From Laetmonice hystrix (lineage: Eukaryota), in the NCBI GenBank assembly GCA_965235115.1, contig OZ249436.1:6388001-6452000 (forward strand): DNA of 64,000 nucleotides, given 5' to 3'. Within the stretch, counting starts at the first letter, position 1. The number at the start of each line of letters is the position of its first letter. The position numbers and the translations under genes were made by a program. The notes under the pieces were generated by a model. The model saw only the letters and a list, made by a program, of their open reading frames with translations, did not search any database and was not told the DNA's origin. Below are positions 62,816 to 64,000 of this stretch, piece by piece.

Positions 62816-64000
62816 ACCGTCATGACAGGACTGTCGTCCTATTGTCAATCTCCACGGCCCTTGATTACTTCTGACCCGACTTCTATAGCACACCCACCGT
62901 TATATAATCCTGCATTGTGTGTCTGTGGACTGTAATTAGAACATATAAAATGAAATATTACAATAACCACCGTAGTTATAGGTATTAAAGGATAGGTTAC
63001 CCCATCTTAATTATTTTTGTTATGATAATTTATACGTATTTCAATGTTATTGCAAGCTTCAAAACGCCATTTCAAAGTGACAACTTGTGTGTATGATACG
63101 TTGGTAGGCGTCAACAAAACATCGCATTACATTTGTCCTTCACATCCGTACCAAACGAGGAATTTTAGTACGTTTTCCCCATGCTATGTACCGGCTCGTA
63201 ACAAAAATGTCCCGGTAGACTAATACCTAGAGTCGGGAAACTCTGATCGTTGGCAGAGAGTTGTTCTGCCTCCCCCAGACTTGGCAGACGTCTTGCCAGA
63301 TATGCTCCAGCCTTGTCATTACCTCGTGCACGCGCCATTGATGGCTGAACACACGAGTCGGTCGACAGAGGCGTTAGACCCTGAGAGCTACTCCCTGTGG
63401 TCCGATCGAGCCAGTCAGAAAGTGCTCTTTAACCATTTTTATAGGACACTGACTAACATATTGGTTGGTCTCGACCATCCAGCAAATACTAGGGCACCGG
63501 AGAGTACGCTCCTGGTGGGCATGTTGTCGGCTGGAGCAGACCGTTGAAAGTGTAGAGGGGGCGCAATTGAACAGACGGTGCGTCGACTTCGTCAGAGAGC
63601 AGAGTCTTCCATCCGTCTAGATTAACAAGAGAAGAAAAACTTCAATTTCCAATTTCAGACTCCAATTTCGGCACCACATTACAAATCTTGCTGAAGTTGG
63701 TGTCAAGTACCTTAACCCCCGTCCCTCCGATCCTTGGCGTGACCCTTCTAGCAGTCTAAAACGATGCCTGTGATGTATCTACCCTCTATGAAGGACCTTG
63801 TGGTCCAAGCTATAAATGAGTAAGAACGTGGTCGCACATGTCTCAGACACACGTGCAAAAAGACAATAGATTGCGCTTGATGACAGAGACTCGGAAGCCA
63901 TGAGGGAAATCCATAGTGTATGAAAAGCCCTGATTGTGCATAACGATTGTTCTCAGAGACGTACGTGTCTGCAGACAGTGGCTAATTCCCTCTAGGAAGG

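Noticed and set aside
63280..63760. Possible minus-strand exons (63755-63711 and from 63616)
   Set aside because: Splice sites are plausible but no frame gives a recognisable protein, and any upstream part would lie outside the window.

Overview
Intron-rich animal (probably invertebrate bilaterian) genomic DNA; the species cannot be identified from the sequence. Four protein-coding genes were assembled by hand from splice sites with consistent phases: (1) the 3' half of an otoancorin/stereocilin/mesothelin-family GPI-anchored protein (+, <1-3600); (2) a TGN46/KCT2(C5orf15)-family type I membrane protein with a 9x42-aa Pro/Gln/Gly repeat (+, 6889-21755); (3) an LRR-containing adhesion GPCR with GAIN/GPS and 7TM (+, 27836-39670); (4) a complete HGSNAT (-, 51392-43482). 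The rest is non-autonomous DNA transposons (Kolobok-, hAT-, Harbinger- and CMC-like MITEs, one three-level nest) and about 15 young minisatellites. Best leads: an HGSNAT intron made almost entirely of tandem copies of its own 5' splice site (13x) and 3' splice site (10x) around an intact 59-nt inner intron; and a duplicated alternative terminal exon giving the TGN46/KCT2-like protein two different sorting-signal tails. No CRISPR array, rRNA or tRNA is supported. 51.5-64 kb holds no gene I can support.
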